The notes under the pieces are model-generated. The model saw only the letters and a program-made list of their open reading frames with translations. It ran no database searches and was not told the DNA's origin. Below, one piece after another: positions 23,681 through 37,385 of a DNA stretch of 64,000 bases (its first letter is position 1; every line of letters starts with the position of its first letter). The translations under genes were made by a program, and so were the position numbers. This DNA comes from Botryllus schlosseri (lineage: Eukaryota). Location: contig CM119372.1 of assembly GCA_051294905.1 (NCBI GenBank), positions 29,514,001 to 29,578,000 on the forward strand, read 5' to 3'.

Positions 23681-26600
23681 CTCTAAAGAATGCCACCGTT
23701 TTCTTGCAAGTATATGGTTCTAGATCGCATCCATGTGATTTTACGGTAGTGTGTCTGCTGAGTCGAGGTAAAATTGCCTTGCCCAGAGAACCGTGCTACC
23801 GCCGAGGGTCGATCACAGTCTTTTGTGCCGAAGGTTGTGGATTTCAACAACTACACTAACTCGAATCATATTCTCCTCTTCGACAATATCGGGAGAAGAA
23901 GCGTTTTGGGGTCTAACCCAGTAAATTATCGTCGTACCTTGCGCATTGCGCACTACCACAAGACATTTAGGCTACCCCGGCTACTACGATTACAATGCGT
24001 AACATGAAAACACCTGACAACATATATACCTGGCCATCCACAAAATCCGGGCCGAAAGAGCACTTCGTCAGCCCACCTCCCTAAACATGTTAATCTTGGG
24101 GCCATCACACTTCTTGGGGGCTTCTCTATAATTCATGACTGTATGGGTCAATAATATTGATATCTGCATATAGGCCTGGATTGTTATAATTTAATTAAAT
24201 TAATAGAATTTAATTTTCACCCCTTCAGAATTATCAGATTTTCCGGTATAGCTGAGTGAGGTGTCGTCTTGTAAAATTTTATATTGTGGGGTACAGATTG
24301 CCAGAACAGCGAGATTCATCGCCAGTCATTTACGCACCCATGGACAATTGGACATATTTATCGAAGTTTTCGGTCAACCAAGGGCAGTCCTTTTCGGCCA
24401 AGGTTTTCTCGTGACCGAATTTTTCGGCACTCTTTTCGGGGTCCCATCCCCTGTTAGCTTAAACTTCAATATGTGCTGATGCGTCGTGGCGCGGTAATTG
24501 CTGACGCCGAAATGCCCATTTGTATACAGCAGTGGTTCCCAACCTTTTTGTCTTCATTCCCCACTTTAGATTTATTCCGAGTCTTCATTCCCCACTACCT
24601 AAAACTTCTATCATTACGGAGCAGGTATTTGTTGTTTGAGTACACAAGACGCAAAACCACACCAGTATACGCATGAACATCGCCTGTAACTGCAACATAA
24701 CACATATTGTGAACCGATACCGGTAACCCTCAACATTTAACGAAAGCGTTATTTCACATCATACTGATCGTGCTGTATGCATTTGTGACGCCATCATTGT
24801 ATATCTAGAGATAAAAACGTTTTGTGTTTGTGTCTGAACAACACGCAATATGATGTTCGATATATACATTCCAGAGGAGTTAATTGTTAAGTAATCGCGC
24901 ATGTGTCTCCGTAAACATGTAGACTGTCCGGTATATAATGTTTAGCAAATGCGTCTATTGCCCACCAGAAACCACTGAATTCCCCACCTTCAACATACTG
25001 CATATTGAAATAAGGGTATAAAAATGTAATATACCTGGCGGACCGGTGGTTGAGAACCACAGTTCTAGTCCCCATCAGGAACATCTGCGACATTGACACC
25101 CAATTCCCAGAAGGCAAGAAAGTACACTCTGAGTTAAGAGTTTCATGGAAATATGCATCGAAAGTAGTTAGTGATAGAAGCGAAATACAATGTCAAACCC
25201 TCGTATGCAGGGTAGCCTAAATGATGACTGTATATAATAGTTACACAAAAATTCCATTAAAATATCGGTGGTCGCACCGCTGTATCACGTGACTCAAAAG
25301 GTGCCCGGCCGAATCGCTATTAAATAATAATGAACCATATTCCAACCAAAATCTTTTGCATTTCTCACAACGCATATGCAGGGGTAACGCCAGATTACGA
25401 CTGGAACAAAGAGAGCACAGAAACATGCCAACTTGTAACGTAGTTGGAGCCACTTTATTTAGCTACATTTAACCGGACAATTATCTTATTTCACCGACGG
25501 AAACGTCGGCCGGGTACGGACTTTGTAGGTAATAGCAGCCGATGCCAGTGTTGACATTTAACATATTTGAAAGCACAGTTTAGGAATTTTGGCACATATT
25601 CCTGTTGGTCAGTGCGGAGCATAGACCGGAGCCGGATTGAATATCCGGTCAGAATTTTTTCTATTTTGGCCGGAGCGGGATTGAAGCCGGATCAGTATTT
25701 TTTCTGATACGACAAGAGCCGGATTTGAACCGGATAAGTATTTTTTGATACGGCCAGAATCATTAGCGATAGTTGTGTGTTCCAGTTATATTCAAGCTCA
25801 AATATAATATTGGGATAATTGAGTTTTAGTTAGTCCCATTCCTTCGCTCATATATTCAGCACGGTCGCAATACACACACCGACGCCGCCTTGTATTCGAG
25901 CCTAGTCTTAAGGCAGAAGTGTCAAACATACAGCCCACGGGTCGCATCCGGCACGACAGGTGATTTCATCCGGCCCGGGAAGAAATTCTGAGTGGATTGA
26001 AAAATGCATGTATTATCCAGCACATTTCTCAAATTTTTAAATTTTTAGTAAGAAATAGGCCTACTTCCACCAAGACAGCAGATGTCGAGTATGACCATGA
26101 TCATAGGTCACATTATAACCACCCGAAAGCCGTGTTTTACTTCTGTATAAGGCAAAAAAGTGCACATACTGAGTTCAGAGTTTCACGGACGATTTGATAA
26201 AAACTAGTAATTCACAGAAGCGAAAACGACAATGCGAAACCCGTATATGCAAGTTACATGAAGTATATAATAGTTACGCAGAAATATAATTCAAATATCT
26301 CAGGTCGCACTGCGGCATCAGTTGTGATTAAAAACGCCAAGAGAACCCCGAATCGCGATATAATATTAATAATGATTAACTGAATTCCAACGTCCGCGTT
26401 TACAGCTGAATCTTTTATATTACTCTCAAAGCATACTCAGCGTTGACCCAGCTAGAGCTAGTATACGACTAAAACAAGGAATCATAGAAATATTCCAACT
26501 TATATCATAGTTAGAGCCACTGTTATATCGGTTTATAACTGTATTTAGCAGCAAAATCATCCTTATACTCTTGCCAATTCCAACCCGCGATCAGTATCTC

Positions 26601-27703
26601 ACATACTAGGATACCACACGTGTCGATACTTCGATTTCGGACTTGGTTCTGTTTGTAATGAGGCGAGCAGCATCAAATGAGATATTGGTATCATTTTGGC
26701 ATCAATCCAAAGCTCGTGGATAACAGGATATATAGTCATGGAATTGTTGCGAGCCGCGCTCAAGATCAGTTGCCTCACCAGAAAAGAATGACTAATCATA
26801 ATAAGCCGCAATCACCGCGGTAGGTCACAAGCTGCCTAAGCTCTGTACAAAGTGAATGTCTCATTTTACACCTTATAGCCTACTGTATACTGTGTTAAAT
26901 AACTTTTTATCGACACCAGAATTCCTACCTGGGTGTTGGAGGTTTATTTAGGTCCCTCCTCGCCAATGTTCCCTCTAAATTTTCACGAGTCTGCGCGCAG
27001 TAGGGTTGTCCAAAATTTGAAAAATTTCGAAAATGCTGCGTTGTAATGTCTTATTCTATAGATTATTGATTAAAAACATCAACAAGCCTGAAAGAAGCTC
27101 TCAGGAACGTCGTTAAGATTTCTTACAAAGCGTTTGAAAGTAGCCGTCTGCATGTGGGCGGGGAATCGATGAAGTGGGCGGGCAATCACGAACCTAGAAT
27201 TTTGATTGGTTGGAACCTGTAATAATAAGCTACTGATTGGCTGAAATACTGATTTTGTGATCATTGCTGGTCACGATTTCGTTCTACTCTGTTGTGTTGG
27301 TTTGCAGCCATTTTTGTTCGTGGCATTGGCGATATGGTAAATTGACGTTGTTAATGCTGCCATCGACAACAGCATAACGATCCAGTAATATATTTTCTAC
27401 CTGAACACTGTGTATAACAGTTTTGTTACTTCTTGCACAGGAGCTTGGCCAATTAAGATAAGAATGAACTAGATGCATGCATCGTGCTACCTTCGAGCCT
27501 TCTAAAACATACCAGTTGACAACGACTGTAACTCATAAATTGCAAACCAGTAGTCAATTTCTCCTTATGGCTTGTTATGGTAAGTCGACGTCTCTCTCTA
27601 AAACGAACGCATATTACACTTTTTATTCAAGATTTAACAAAGGCAAAAATGCTATTTACAAAAGGCATCATTAAAAAGTATATCGCAGGGTCAGTGTTGC
27701 AGA

Positions 27704-30031
27704 TCACTGGCCATTGATAAGAGTAGACTTCCTGCTGTCTCCAAAAATCTTCCTATGCTGTTCCACAGCTTGAAGCAAACTGTCTCTTTGCTGTTCATTG
27801 TCAGTCAAGATTGCAGCATAGTCTGTGCTTAGCTTGACACCTCTTTCTGCGGCATCATTAACGACTTTGACAGAACTAACGTAGCAATTCATTTTATTGA
27901 ATGAATCTGAAAAGTGCCAATCATCAACCGGTTGACGCAGCCAATCCCCAGAGCATTCAAAAACTTCAAATATGTACCACGACTGGGGCCCAATAAGGTC
28001 AGACAACGTACTGTCCTTGTTGATCTGTATAGTTGCATTCAATGAGGGTGGGCCCCTTCTGAAACTGGAAGTTCGCTCTACTTGCAGGAGCGCCTTTGCC
28101 ATATTTTCCCGGGTTTCCTTGCTTTCCGTCGGTGAAAACAAGGCGTATACAGCGGTTTCCTCAACAATATACCAGTCGTGCTTCAAAAGCTTTCGTGAAG
28201 CAGCTGTGGAAACTTGCTCATCATATTCCTTATAACTCAACATGTGCTGAACGAATCTCAAGTCATTACCAGCTGCATCACGACCAATGCTTGAATCCAC
28301 CCACGCAGGGATATAAAAGAGAACCAAAAATAAATTGAAGCGGCGCAGCAGTTCAACTTCTTCAGATTTGTAATCTAATTGGTCGGCCCACATGAACATC
28401 TTTTGAGCATACAGAATTGTACCCATCCATCTCGCATGGTGTGCTGCACCAGGTTTGTGATGACGTATATCTTCATCTGCACCGAGAAGAGCAAGAGCAT
28501 TAGTCACACATTGCTTGTAGTCATCCCGTGTGAAAAAATCTTTTCTGTTCAACAGTAGCTTGAACTTATCAACTATCATTGCAGCTCGTTCAGCAAAACA
28601 TAGAGGAATAGTCAGAGTCTTGAATTGCTGTTCCCTGTCAAGACTGCTCCAGTTCCTTTTAAGGTGGGCAAACCATGCATTCTCTGGTCCAGTTGTGGCC
28701 TTTCCAAATAAAGATTTCCAAACGTCTTTCACTACCAGCTCATACACATGGTGCCGACATGCATGGTAGAACACCTTCCTTCCTAGAAGGTCTTCAAGAA
28801 TCTTTGCCGCACCCTTCTTCCAGCCGCTGTTGCTTGCTGTAGTGTCAAAAACCAAAGCTGTTACAGCATCTTTTATATTCCAACTTTCAATTATGTTGAA
28901 AGTGGTTTCTGCTTGCGTCTGACCTGCAGCATTTTGCATCTTTTGAATGCCAAGTAGTTTTCCTTCTGAGTATTGAGGATGACAAGATAGGACAATTGAC
29001 AGAGCCTCATACCGATTTCCTAATCTATCCTCTGTGAGCTTTCCATCCCAATGAATAGCAACATGTTGAGGTTTATTTTCTGCAAATTTTTCTGAAATAT
29101 CCTTGGAAATTTCAAGACGATTTGTTTCCCTGGCTCTCTTTGTCGAAGATCTTGACAGAGAGAACATTGCTATGTCACCGCCACAAGCCGTAACAAATGC
29201 TCCGATCAGCATTGTTGCCTTGTTGTCTGTTATTTGCAATCGATCCAGAGCTTGGGACACATGGGTATTATTCATAATATTTTTAGGTGCCATCAGCTTA
29301 ATGGCTGTCGAGGTGCCAAGACCAACATCAGCATCATAATCAGAACTTGAACTCAAACTATCACCCTCTTTTGAAGATGAAGAAGATGCTAAAACAACAT
29401 AGTCATCACTTGAGTCATGTTGAATGTTTTTAACAGTTCTATCCGCCATGGTTGCTGTTTTCTTTTCGATGTCTTTAGCGAGAATCTTGTCTCTTCCCAA
29501 CATTATGCATTTGCGAGATTGCTGTTGATCTTCATAGAATGCAATGTCTTCGAGCTTTCTATCATGTGATAGATAAATGTCATTTTGTATTATTGCTATC
29601 GCATCTGTACTTCCAATATCCCACAACTTGTCCAAATCTTCCGTGAATTTTTTCCTCTTACCCTTGGGATCACTTTCCCGTTTCATGGTCGCCTCCAGAA
29701 AAATATATTTTTTGTTCAGTTTTTCAAGTAATTTCACCGCATTTCCTTTAAGTATTGTGGCAATTCTCGCCATTTGCCACACTGTCATGACATCATGAAC
29801 CACCACATTACATAGCTCACGAGTAGGGGTTGACTGAGGGCAATGGTCTTTCAGATGCAGAAAGTAACTCATTACTTCTCGCAAGGTTGGTAATCTCGAG
29901 CCACAGATGTAATCGCAAGCATATCCGACCAAGTAATGCTCAGATCGAGATCTTGTTCTTCTCTGTGGCAAGTGCACAGTCTTCCGCCGTTTTGCCTCTG
30001 CCATGACAGTAATATTTTTGCCTTCTATCAT
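27704..30031 (-). CDS. hAT superfamily (hATm-like) transposase, 775 aa
   Basis: Uninterrupted ORF with motifs IHWDGK, VFDTTASNSG, ACRHH, HHARW and VVNDAAERGVKL (DDE triad plus CxxH). Confidence 0.92.
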   Translation of the reverse strand: MIEGKNITVMAEAKRRKTVHLPQRRTRSRSEHYLVGYACDYICGSRLPTLREVMSYFLHLKDHCPQSTPTRELCNVVVHDVMTVWQMARIATILKGNAVKLLEKLNKKYIFLEATMKRESDPKGKRKKFTEDLDKLWDIGSTDAIAIIQNDIYLSHDRKLEDIAFYEDQQQSRKCIMLGRDKILAKDIEKKTATMADRTVKNIQHDSSDDYVVLASSSSSKEGDSLSSSSDYDADVGLGTSTAIKLMAPKNIMNNTHVSQALDRLQITDNKATMLIGAFVTACGGDIAMFSLSRSSTKRARETNRLEISKDISEKFAENKPQHVAIHWDGKLTEDRLGNRYEALSIVLSCHPQYSEGKLLGIQKMQNAAGQTQAETTFNIIESWNIKDAVTALVFDTTASNSGWKKGAAKILEDLLGRKVFYHACRHHVYELVVKDVWKSLFGKATTGPENAWFAHLKRNWSSLDREQQFKTLTIPLCFAERAAMIVDKFKLLLNRKDFFTRDDYKQCVTNALALLGADEDIRHHKPGAAHHARWMGTILYAQKMFMWADQLDYKSEEVELLRRFNLFLVLFYIPAWVDSSIGRDAAGNDLRFVQHMLSYKEYDEQVSTAASRKLLKHDWYIVEETAVYALFSPTESKETRENMAKALLQVERTSSFRRGPPSLNATIQINKDSTLSDLIGPQSWYIFEVFECSGDWLRQPVDDWHFSDSFNKMNCYVSSVKVVNDAAERGVKLSTDYAAILTDNEQQRDSLLQAVEQHRKIFGDSRKSTLINGQ

Positions 30032-30069
30032 AAATTACAGCTACGCCTAAAACATTTAAGTAACAAGTG

Positions 30070-30410
30070 TTACATTACGACTATTAACTCACCAACCCAC
30101 AATGCCCTTGTACATAACCACAACCACTACTAACAAAATCGACCTCATCAGAACAGAAAATGCTGCTGCAACTAAAACATTGAGCAAGGAACAAGTGTTG
30201 CATTACAACTATTGATGCATCAACCCACAATGCGCTTTACAAATTCCCGTCTCTACTAACAGACTCGACCTCCGCAAAACAGAAACTACTGCTACAACTG
30301 ATACATTCGAAGAACCACTGTTACATTACTACTATTGACTCATCAAACCACAACACGCTTTTACAGTATTACAGCCGTCACCAACAGACTCAGCAGCAGC
30401 AAAACCTACT
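30070..30410. repeat. Three ~125-bp subterminal tandem repeats upstream of the transposase
   Basis: ACTATT(A/G)A...CAA(A/C)CCACAA...ACTAAC/ACCAAC..ACTC unit at ~30075, ~30203 and ~30327. Confidence 0.7.
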
Positions 30411-33125
30411 CCTTCTGTCAAACACGGTGAAGCACCCAAATCAGAGCTGACAGCCGCCGTCATCATTGAAGCATAACCGATTACCCAATCAAGAATCGTG
30501 GTTTCGTCATTGCCCGCCTAGTTGCAATTTCGCCGTCGGTGGCCCGCCCACTCTTTGGCAGCTACTTTCAAACGCTTTGTAAGAAATCTTAACGACGTTC
30601 CTGAGAGCTTCTTTCAGGCTTGTTGATGTTTTTAATCAATAATCTATAGAATAAGACATTACAACGCAGCATTTTTGAAATTTTTCAAATTTTGGACAAC
30701 CCTAGCGCGCACCCAACAACTCTCCGCGCGGTCCCTTGGACAACATTGCGTAACAACTAATAAAAAGGTCATAACTTCGGATTTTTGTGCGCGCCACACA
30801 TTTTCGGTGCGCGCAGACTTTGTCAGCAATGCGCGCGCATATTAGAGGGAACATTGCTCCTCGCCATATCATCCGTGTAAGCGGCGTCTAATGAAAGCCT
30901 AAAAGGGGGCTGCTGTGGATTAAAAATAAAGAAAATTGCCTTGGTGTAAATGACCATATATTCGACAAACACCAAGAATACCACAAACAACAACTTATTA
31001 CTTACATACTTATTATGAATCATGAACCATGTGCTTTTCAGCCTTTTTGAGCATCGTTCGCACTTGAATTGAAAATGGAATTTCATCCGCACAAACCAAC
31101 CGAAAATTGTCTACTGTACTACTGTCTACTCAGCTTGCAAGGACGGAACTATTCGGTACCTACCATTTCAACGACCGGACATAGTATTCGACAAAAACCA
31201 TGGATACCAACCAATAGCAACAACGACAACAACCGGACATAGCAATATCAAAGGTTGCGGCCAACCACAGACAGTCAATTTTCGCCCAGTTACTATCGTC
31301 ACCGATCTTTTCTGCAACGCACTTTTCCAAGTCGTAAGTTGGACAAAACTTCATGTCCTCCCGTCGCCGAAGGGGTTGGCCTTCAAATGCCCGTGTATGA
31401 GATCCCCACGACCTCTCGTTGCACACCCAAAGGTTTCTGGTGGTGTTTTCCAGAGAAATTGATATCGGAAAAATTTTATGAATTCAAACCAATTTGTGTC
31501 ATACGAAGGTCGGCACAGTTTCACGATCAAGAATTTCATGTCTCGCCTATTGACTATAGTACCTAACACAGGAACCGCAGATATATCTATCCAAAGTAGC
31601 AATAAGGAATCGCGCGAAGCGCGAAAATAGTTTTGTTGCATGAAATTCATCAAATAGTAGGCTACATACATCAAAAGATCGCTCTGATGCTGTCGCCACC
31701 CAAAATTATACCATTCAAAACCTCATACTCTAAGAACCACTGAAGAATATTTGCATTGCAATAACTTGTTACAAATGTGAGTCTGCAATGATGAAAGAAA
31801 TAAGGCAGAAAGTCAATTTTTAGCCGTTTTTGCCGCGTGTCGTAGGCTCAGTCGTAGGCTCAGACGTGCTGATTCAGTGTATGTTTGCCTCTACACCCGC
31901 TTCTGAATCAGACACTTGATTACGAAATAATCGAGTGCGCCAATAATAATACACTCTATACGGCTAGTGCCAGATAATGTTATGGTAAAAGCTGCGATTT
32001 GTAGTCAAACAAGTTCTTACAAATGCGTCGAAGCTATGACAGTTAGGGATCCACAGTACTCAAATTTCCTATCAAGTTCATTTGAATAATTGCGCGTCGC
32101 AAAAAGTAACAAATATGCACGATTTTCATCCGGACTCATCCGCACCCCATTTCGCATTCTTCGCACTTCAAGTTTTTCATCTGCACAAGTGCTTACCCTC
32201 CCGCAGGTTGAGAAGCACTGCCATTAACCAATGAAATAATAAGGTTGTGATGGTGTGATGCAAAATACACCTCTAAGCGTATCCTAAGTTATTTTACGGC
32301 GAATACGTAGCTGAGAATGACTACAAAGTTATGGCGTCGTTGATCAATGTAAGTTATCAAATACACCTTATTGAAAGATGTGGAACTCTCACTACGCACG
32401 ATTATACACCGCACCGATATGAGAAATCTGAATCTGCAACTAGACAAGTGGTTCTCAAACTAGTACGCGTGAAAGCATCTGAAGGGAGCGCGAAGCCACA
32501 GTCAACTGAAAAAATATTTGCCTTCAATTCATAGATTTTGCTCTGTGTATAGTTTGGATTTCATATTCGAGACTTCTCTCATCAACAGTCATGTGTCTAA
32601 AAAAATTTGAGAACCACCGAACTAGACTATGTGAACACCGGACACTGGCTCGTTTATCGATAAAACATATGATGCAGATTGTAAATAATTGTCATTGTCG
32701 TTACATTGAAAACATTGCAATAGGGTGTTGCAGTAGGCTATATAATACACTGAACTTCAGTAGGCCTATACTACCAGCCAACATTGGCTGCTGTTGAACG
32801 TGTTCTCCATTCTTGTCATTCTTGTATTAATGTTCCTGGCAATGCTATGCTGCCGTCGGTGCCATATCGTCGAAGATTGCTGCTAGTCAGCGAGCATCTA
32901 CTAGGCTATACCCGGATTCGGGAACATATGGCTGTCAAGCGATATATGACTCTGTTGGTAATCTGATAATGGCTCTCTGATTAGTTTTCAATTTGGCAAG
33001 TAATTCACATCGTATTCGCATTCGTAAATTTTCATAACAAACAGCCCAATCATTATTCTTGTGGTAGCTGAGACAAGTAGGCTATATGTCAGGTCAAGAC
33101 AGTTTCGCATCCAGGGGGTGTAGGG

Positions 33126-34389
33126 CAGAGGTGGTCAAAGTAGTCAAGAAAACTACTCAAGAAGAAGTAAAAGTAGCGACGCGAAAATCTACTCAAGTAC
33201 GAGTAGAAGTACTTCTTCCATGGGCAACCTAAAACTACTTGAAGTAGAAGTAGAATTTGATGGCTTTAAATCTACTCAAGTAAGTAACTAGTTTTGAAAA
33301 CGGTCATAATACGTTCGCATGGACTTTCAAAAGCTGCAAATTAAGCTATGCGGAAGGTGCAGAGAGCTTCATGTACAATGCATATTGATGCATCCCAGAA
33401 AGTATAAATTTCCTACATCATGAGCATTCGACTGCATCATGAGATGCAAATGATAGTTTTGCTATGGAAATGAGATACTAATCTTTTGTTTACTTGAACA
33501 CCCCGTTTTAGAAATTGTCATGGCATGTTCCCTCACGCATATTACGGCCTTTAGTTTAGTCGAAGAGCAATACGAAGAAGTTGTATGGATACGATGTTAA
33601 CACTATGCGCGATTCGTATACGATGATGAAGAAATATGACGTGACGTAAAAATGCCAAAAAGTGTGATTGTATTTTAGGAAAACAGAGGGCGATGCTGCA
33701 CTTGCTTTAAAACTTAAACATGTATGTTCTTCAGACAAAAAACCTGAAACTAATTAGGACTCTAAGTAATGATACTGCCAATTGAACGAGAATAGCAATA
33801 CTAAATCAGAAAAGCGGAAAATGTATTTTATGTCTTTTGTCTAGACAGTTTTAACGATGGTCTGCTAAAACAGATCTAACGCTCAAAAAGTCAGAGCCCA
33901 CTTTTCCAGATTAGAACACGCCACGGGCTGCTAGATTACGATATGATGGGCAAATGCTAGATTGCAAAACGGTAGTTTCAAACGTTATAATGGGCCGTAT
34001 ATACTCTGATGAAATATGCCATATGGGCGACAATGCGGTGCAATGCAACCTAAATAATATTCACTTTCGTGAAAACATATAACCCTATATCTACTTGATG
34101 TGAAGCACGACGGAAATTCTGGGTTTCACTTGAATTTTCTTGAGATTGAAAGTTGGAAATCCGTGAAAACAGCCCGAGAACTCCCCAGTTTCTCTTTCTA
34201 ATTATAGTGGTACGCTACTTCTACTTGACTAACTGAAAATAGCGAAAAGTAAGTAAGTAGATCACAAAATATTACGAAGTAGAAGTAGAAGTAGCGAAGA
34301 TTCTATTTACTTGAGTAAGTACTAGAACTAGAGGAAAACTACTTGAGTATTTCAAAAAAGTAGAAGTACTTCGTTACTGACCACCTCTG
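33126..34389. mobile_element. hAT non-autonomous element (AAGTAG/TACTCAAG subterminal repeats)
   Basis: TIR CAGAGGTGGTCA; TSD GTGTAGGG. Confidence 0.88.
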
Positions 34390-36070
34390 GTGTAGGGGCT
34401 GGTACCCCTTTTCAAAATCCCCAAATTGATGTCATATGTTGCATGTTAATTGTTATTCTTTATTTACTCTTTGCCTCGGTGGCAAATATGGCACCTTTGA
34501 GTCATTTAGGGGTACTTCATCTCACAAATCTACTACGTCGAGCTCAATACGAAGTTCGTAATAATGCAAGTTGCTGTCGCGCCACCCGGTGACTTTGCTG
34601 TATACCCGATAATGCACTCATTAAAATCTTGGATTGCACGATGCGTTTATTAATCAGAAAGAACAATAGACAAGACGCCGCCCTTAAGACGATGCAGTTT
34701 TCACATCAACATGCCTTCCTGATCATAATAGACGAGAAGTGAACTCCCTTGGAAGTGACAATATCAAATACAAATTTATTACAATCATAGCAAATAGCCA
34801 TCCACATACCCGATTGTTAGATATAGCTTACTCGAAATGTCGTTAAAATATAGGCTTGTAGAACAATGTTCTACTAAAACCGTAGAATTCGTGAATTTTG
34901 TAGTGAAGTTAACGCAATAATTTCAATTAACAGTATTCTTCGTCGCAGAGGTTATTATCAATATTCAATGATAGCAAAATGCTTCTATAACAGGGATGTC
35001 AAACTCAATTCTGGTTGCGGACCCAGTTTAATTATATTGGTAGCTTGTCGCCGAGCCAGTCAAATTGTATTTGAAATGTTACCTCCTAATCCATACCTTT
35101 GTTTTTCATGGGAATGTTTCACTATCAAGCTTTTTATTCAAACGGGCTCTATTCTAACAACACCTTCAGTCGCAAATGCTGCTCATTGTGTATCGGATCT
35201 TCTTAAACCCTGTGTCGAGTTGAGTCGAACTCAACCTGTGCTCTGTTGAGCGAGACTTGAGTTTGACTTGGAGGCGCTTCTCTGAATACTGGTTTTGTGA
35301 TATGTCGTCTGAGCATGAAACGGGCATGGCCTGGCCACCTCTAAAACATATCATGCGATTCCTGGTTAATGAAACAACCCACTGAAAAAAAAGTTATTTA
35401 TTTGGAAGTAGCATTTCGGCAGCATTTCACTGGCCCAGCCCGCATGCCCGGTTCTCTGAATCAGCCCAGCGACCTAAATTGAGTTTAAATTGAGTTTGAC
35501 ATGACTGGTCTAGTGTACACATAAATTTGGTTCCTGTCGAGTGCGTCGAGTGCTTTCTGGCTTCGGATGTTCAGTACGTGCGAATACATCATTTCCTGTG
35601 GAGCCGCAACCGAAAATGAGAGCTAAGTCCAGGGAAGAATAAATATTGCGGAAGCCATCGATTACATCGTGAATATAAATGATCCAACGCTATGAAATCT
35701 AAACCAGTTTTAACGACATTGGCTCGTGCGATCTGACATGCAAATATTGCCGTGCCTGGCTATATTGTGGTTGAAATGAATTGGAGGACTACACCATGTT
35801 AGCTTGTAAAAGTTGTTTTCCTTCTAATTCCCATGTAATGCAGGATTAATTTATTTTGCGTAACGGGATATTTGATTACTTGAAAATTGACGCAAAATTT
35901 CGTCTCTCAATGACGAATCCTTTCAATTTTAACAATGCCGGGTCACGTCAAGTCATTTTATGCTTTTAGGGTATTGACTGGACCAAAATCAATAATCACT
36001 GTATATTAAGTACGATATTTTCGAAGCCCTCCAAATCGTAACATCGTAATATATTAATGTAAGTGTCCGG

Positions 36071-36333
36071 TTTTGTTTTGAGGTATTCATGGTGTTTGTC
36101 GATCACTATGGTCATTTACACCGATATTCTTCATTTGTAACTGCCGACATGTAGCACGGCCAACTTATAGGCTTTTTGTAAGGCACCGCTTACGCGGATG
36201 AGGTGGCGAGGAGGACCCTAGATAAACCTCCAACACTTTGGTGTGGGAATTCTGAAAATGACCTCGGTCGGACTCGAACCCGCAACGGATGGGTGTGGCT
36301 GCTGCCGATTCTACCACTGCGCTATCTCACCAC
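36071..36333 (-). mobile_element. tRNA-derived SINE, full length
   Basis: Reverse complement of 12104-12385, with A box TAGCGCAGTGG and B box GGTTCGAGTCC. Confidence 0.88.
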
Positions 36334-36599
36334 GTAATTGTCGTGTTTTGGGAGACTTGTCAAAGTACTGTTTCGACCCTGGGAAAAATTAATCAGCGTC
36401 ATACATATTCTACATCTTTCATTTGCAGAAATTAATTCGTTGTAGTATTATACCTTTACATAAGAATGAAGCTCATTTTGCTTGCAGCATGTGTGCTATT
36501 GATGAGCCTTGGATCAGGTGAGTGTTTTCACGAATGGTGTATCTGGTAGGCATTAGTACCTGTACTCTAAATATCGTAATATTTAGAGGGTATAGTTTA

Positions 36600-37385
36600 T
36601 AGGGTTACCATATTTTGGAGATCTGAAAAGTGAAAATTATTTTAAAATTTTCAGACTCACAATACTGGAGTAAAATTCGGAAAAATGGTTAATTATTACC
36701 AACTTTGAGGTTGGTTTACTAAAAAAAGAAAAAAAAAGTCAACTTTCCTGCTCAACTCCCGAAATAGCCGCTGGAGCGCAACTTCAGTGCTGATTTAATG
36801 TATCTCTGTCGAATTTTATCATATATTTAACCAAAATTCTCAAAAATTAGGACAAAATCTAAAAAAGGACATTTGGGCATCCTCCAAGGACAGTTGCAAA
36901 AAAGTCAAAAAAGAGGACCAATCCTCTTAAAAGAGGACGTATTACAACCTTAGCATAGTTATAGTTTCCTGCGGATTTTATCGTATAAATAAGGTTACCA
37001 TACGTCCTTTCTTAGGAGGATTTGTCCTCCTTTTTCGGGTTTTTAAAAATGTCCTCCGAGGACGCCTAAACGTCCTCCTTTTTGACAATTCGTCCTCCTT
37101 TTTTTAAAGGTAAGATGATGGATAGATTCGAGTGAAAATGAGCATAAATGATGCTCAACCGGAAATTCGTGGTCCGAACGTAAGTGACGACCTTTATTTT
37201 TTTTAGTCAACCAACGGTAAATGTGAAAGAGAAACTGTATTTCGGGAGTTAAGCCGGAAAGTTGACCGTTTTTTAGTCAACCAACCACAATTTCGTGGTA
37301 AATTGACCATTTTTCCGGATTTTACTCCAGTATTGTAAGTCTTAATATTTCGAAAAAGTCCTCCTTTCCCGATTCCAAAATAAAG
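36600..37385. mobile_element. Two adjacent, oppositely oriented AGGAC-repeat hAT MITEs
   Basis: TAGGGTTACCATATT at 36600 and TAAGGTTACCATACGTCC at ~36990; both resemble 14661-15076. Confidence 0.7.

Larger units (their letters stand above)
27001..30704 (-). mobile_element. Potentially autonomous hATm-type DNA transposon
   Basis: 144-bp TIRs starting TAGGGTTGTCC with 1 mismatch; TSD GCGCGCAG/GCGCGCAC; encloses an intact transposase ORF. Confidence 0.93.
26964..30856. mobile_element. ~180-bp hAT MITE split by the hATm element
   Basis: TIR CAATGTTCCCTCTAA/TTAGAGGGAACATTG; TSD CTCCTCGC at 26956-26963 and 30857-30864. Confidence 0.85.
26910..30993 (+). mobile_element. 5'-truncated tRNA-SINE copy, split at 26963/30857
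   Basis: Both halves match the SINE body (GTGTTGGAGGTTTA...CTCCTCGC | CATATCATCCG...GGTGTAAATGACCAT...CACC). Confidence 0.75.

Noticed and set aside
27972..30133. Plus-strand ORFs overlapping the hATm transposase
   Set aside because: Antisense shadow ORFs of the transposase.
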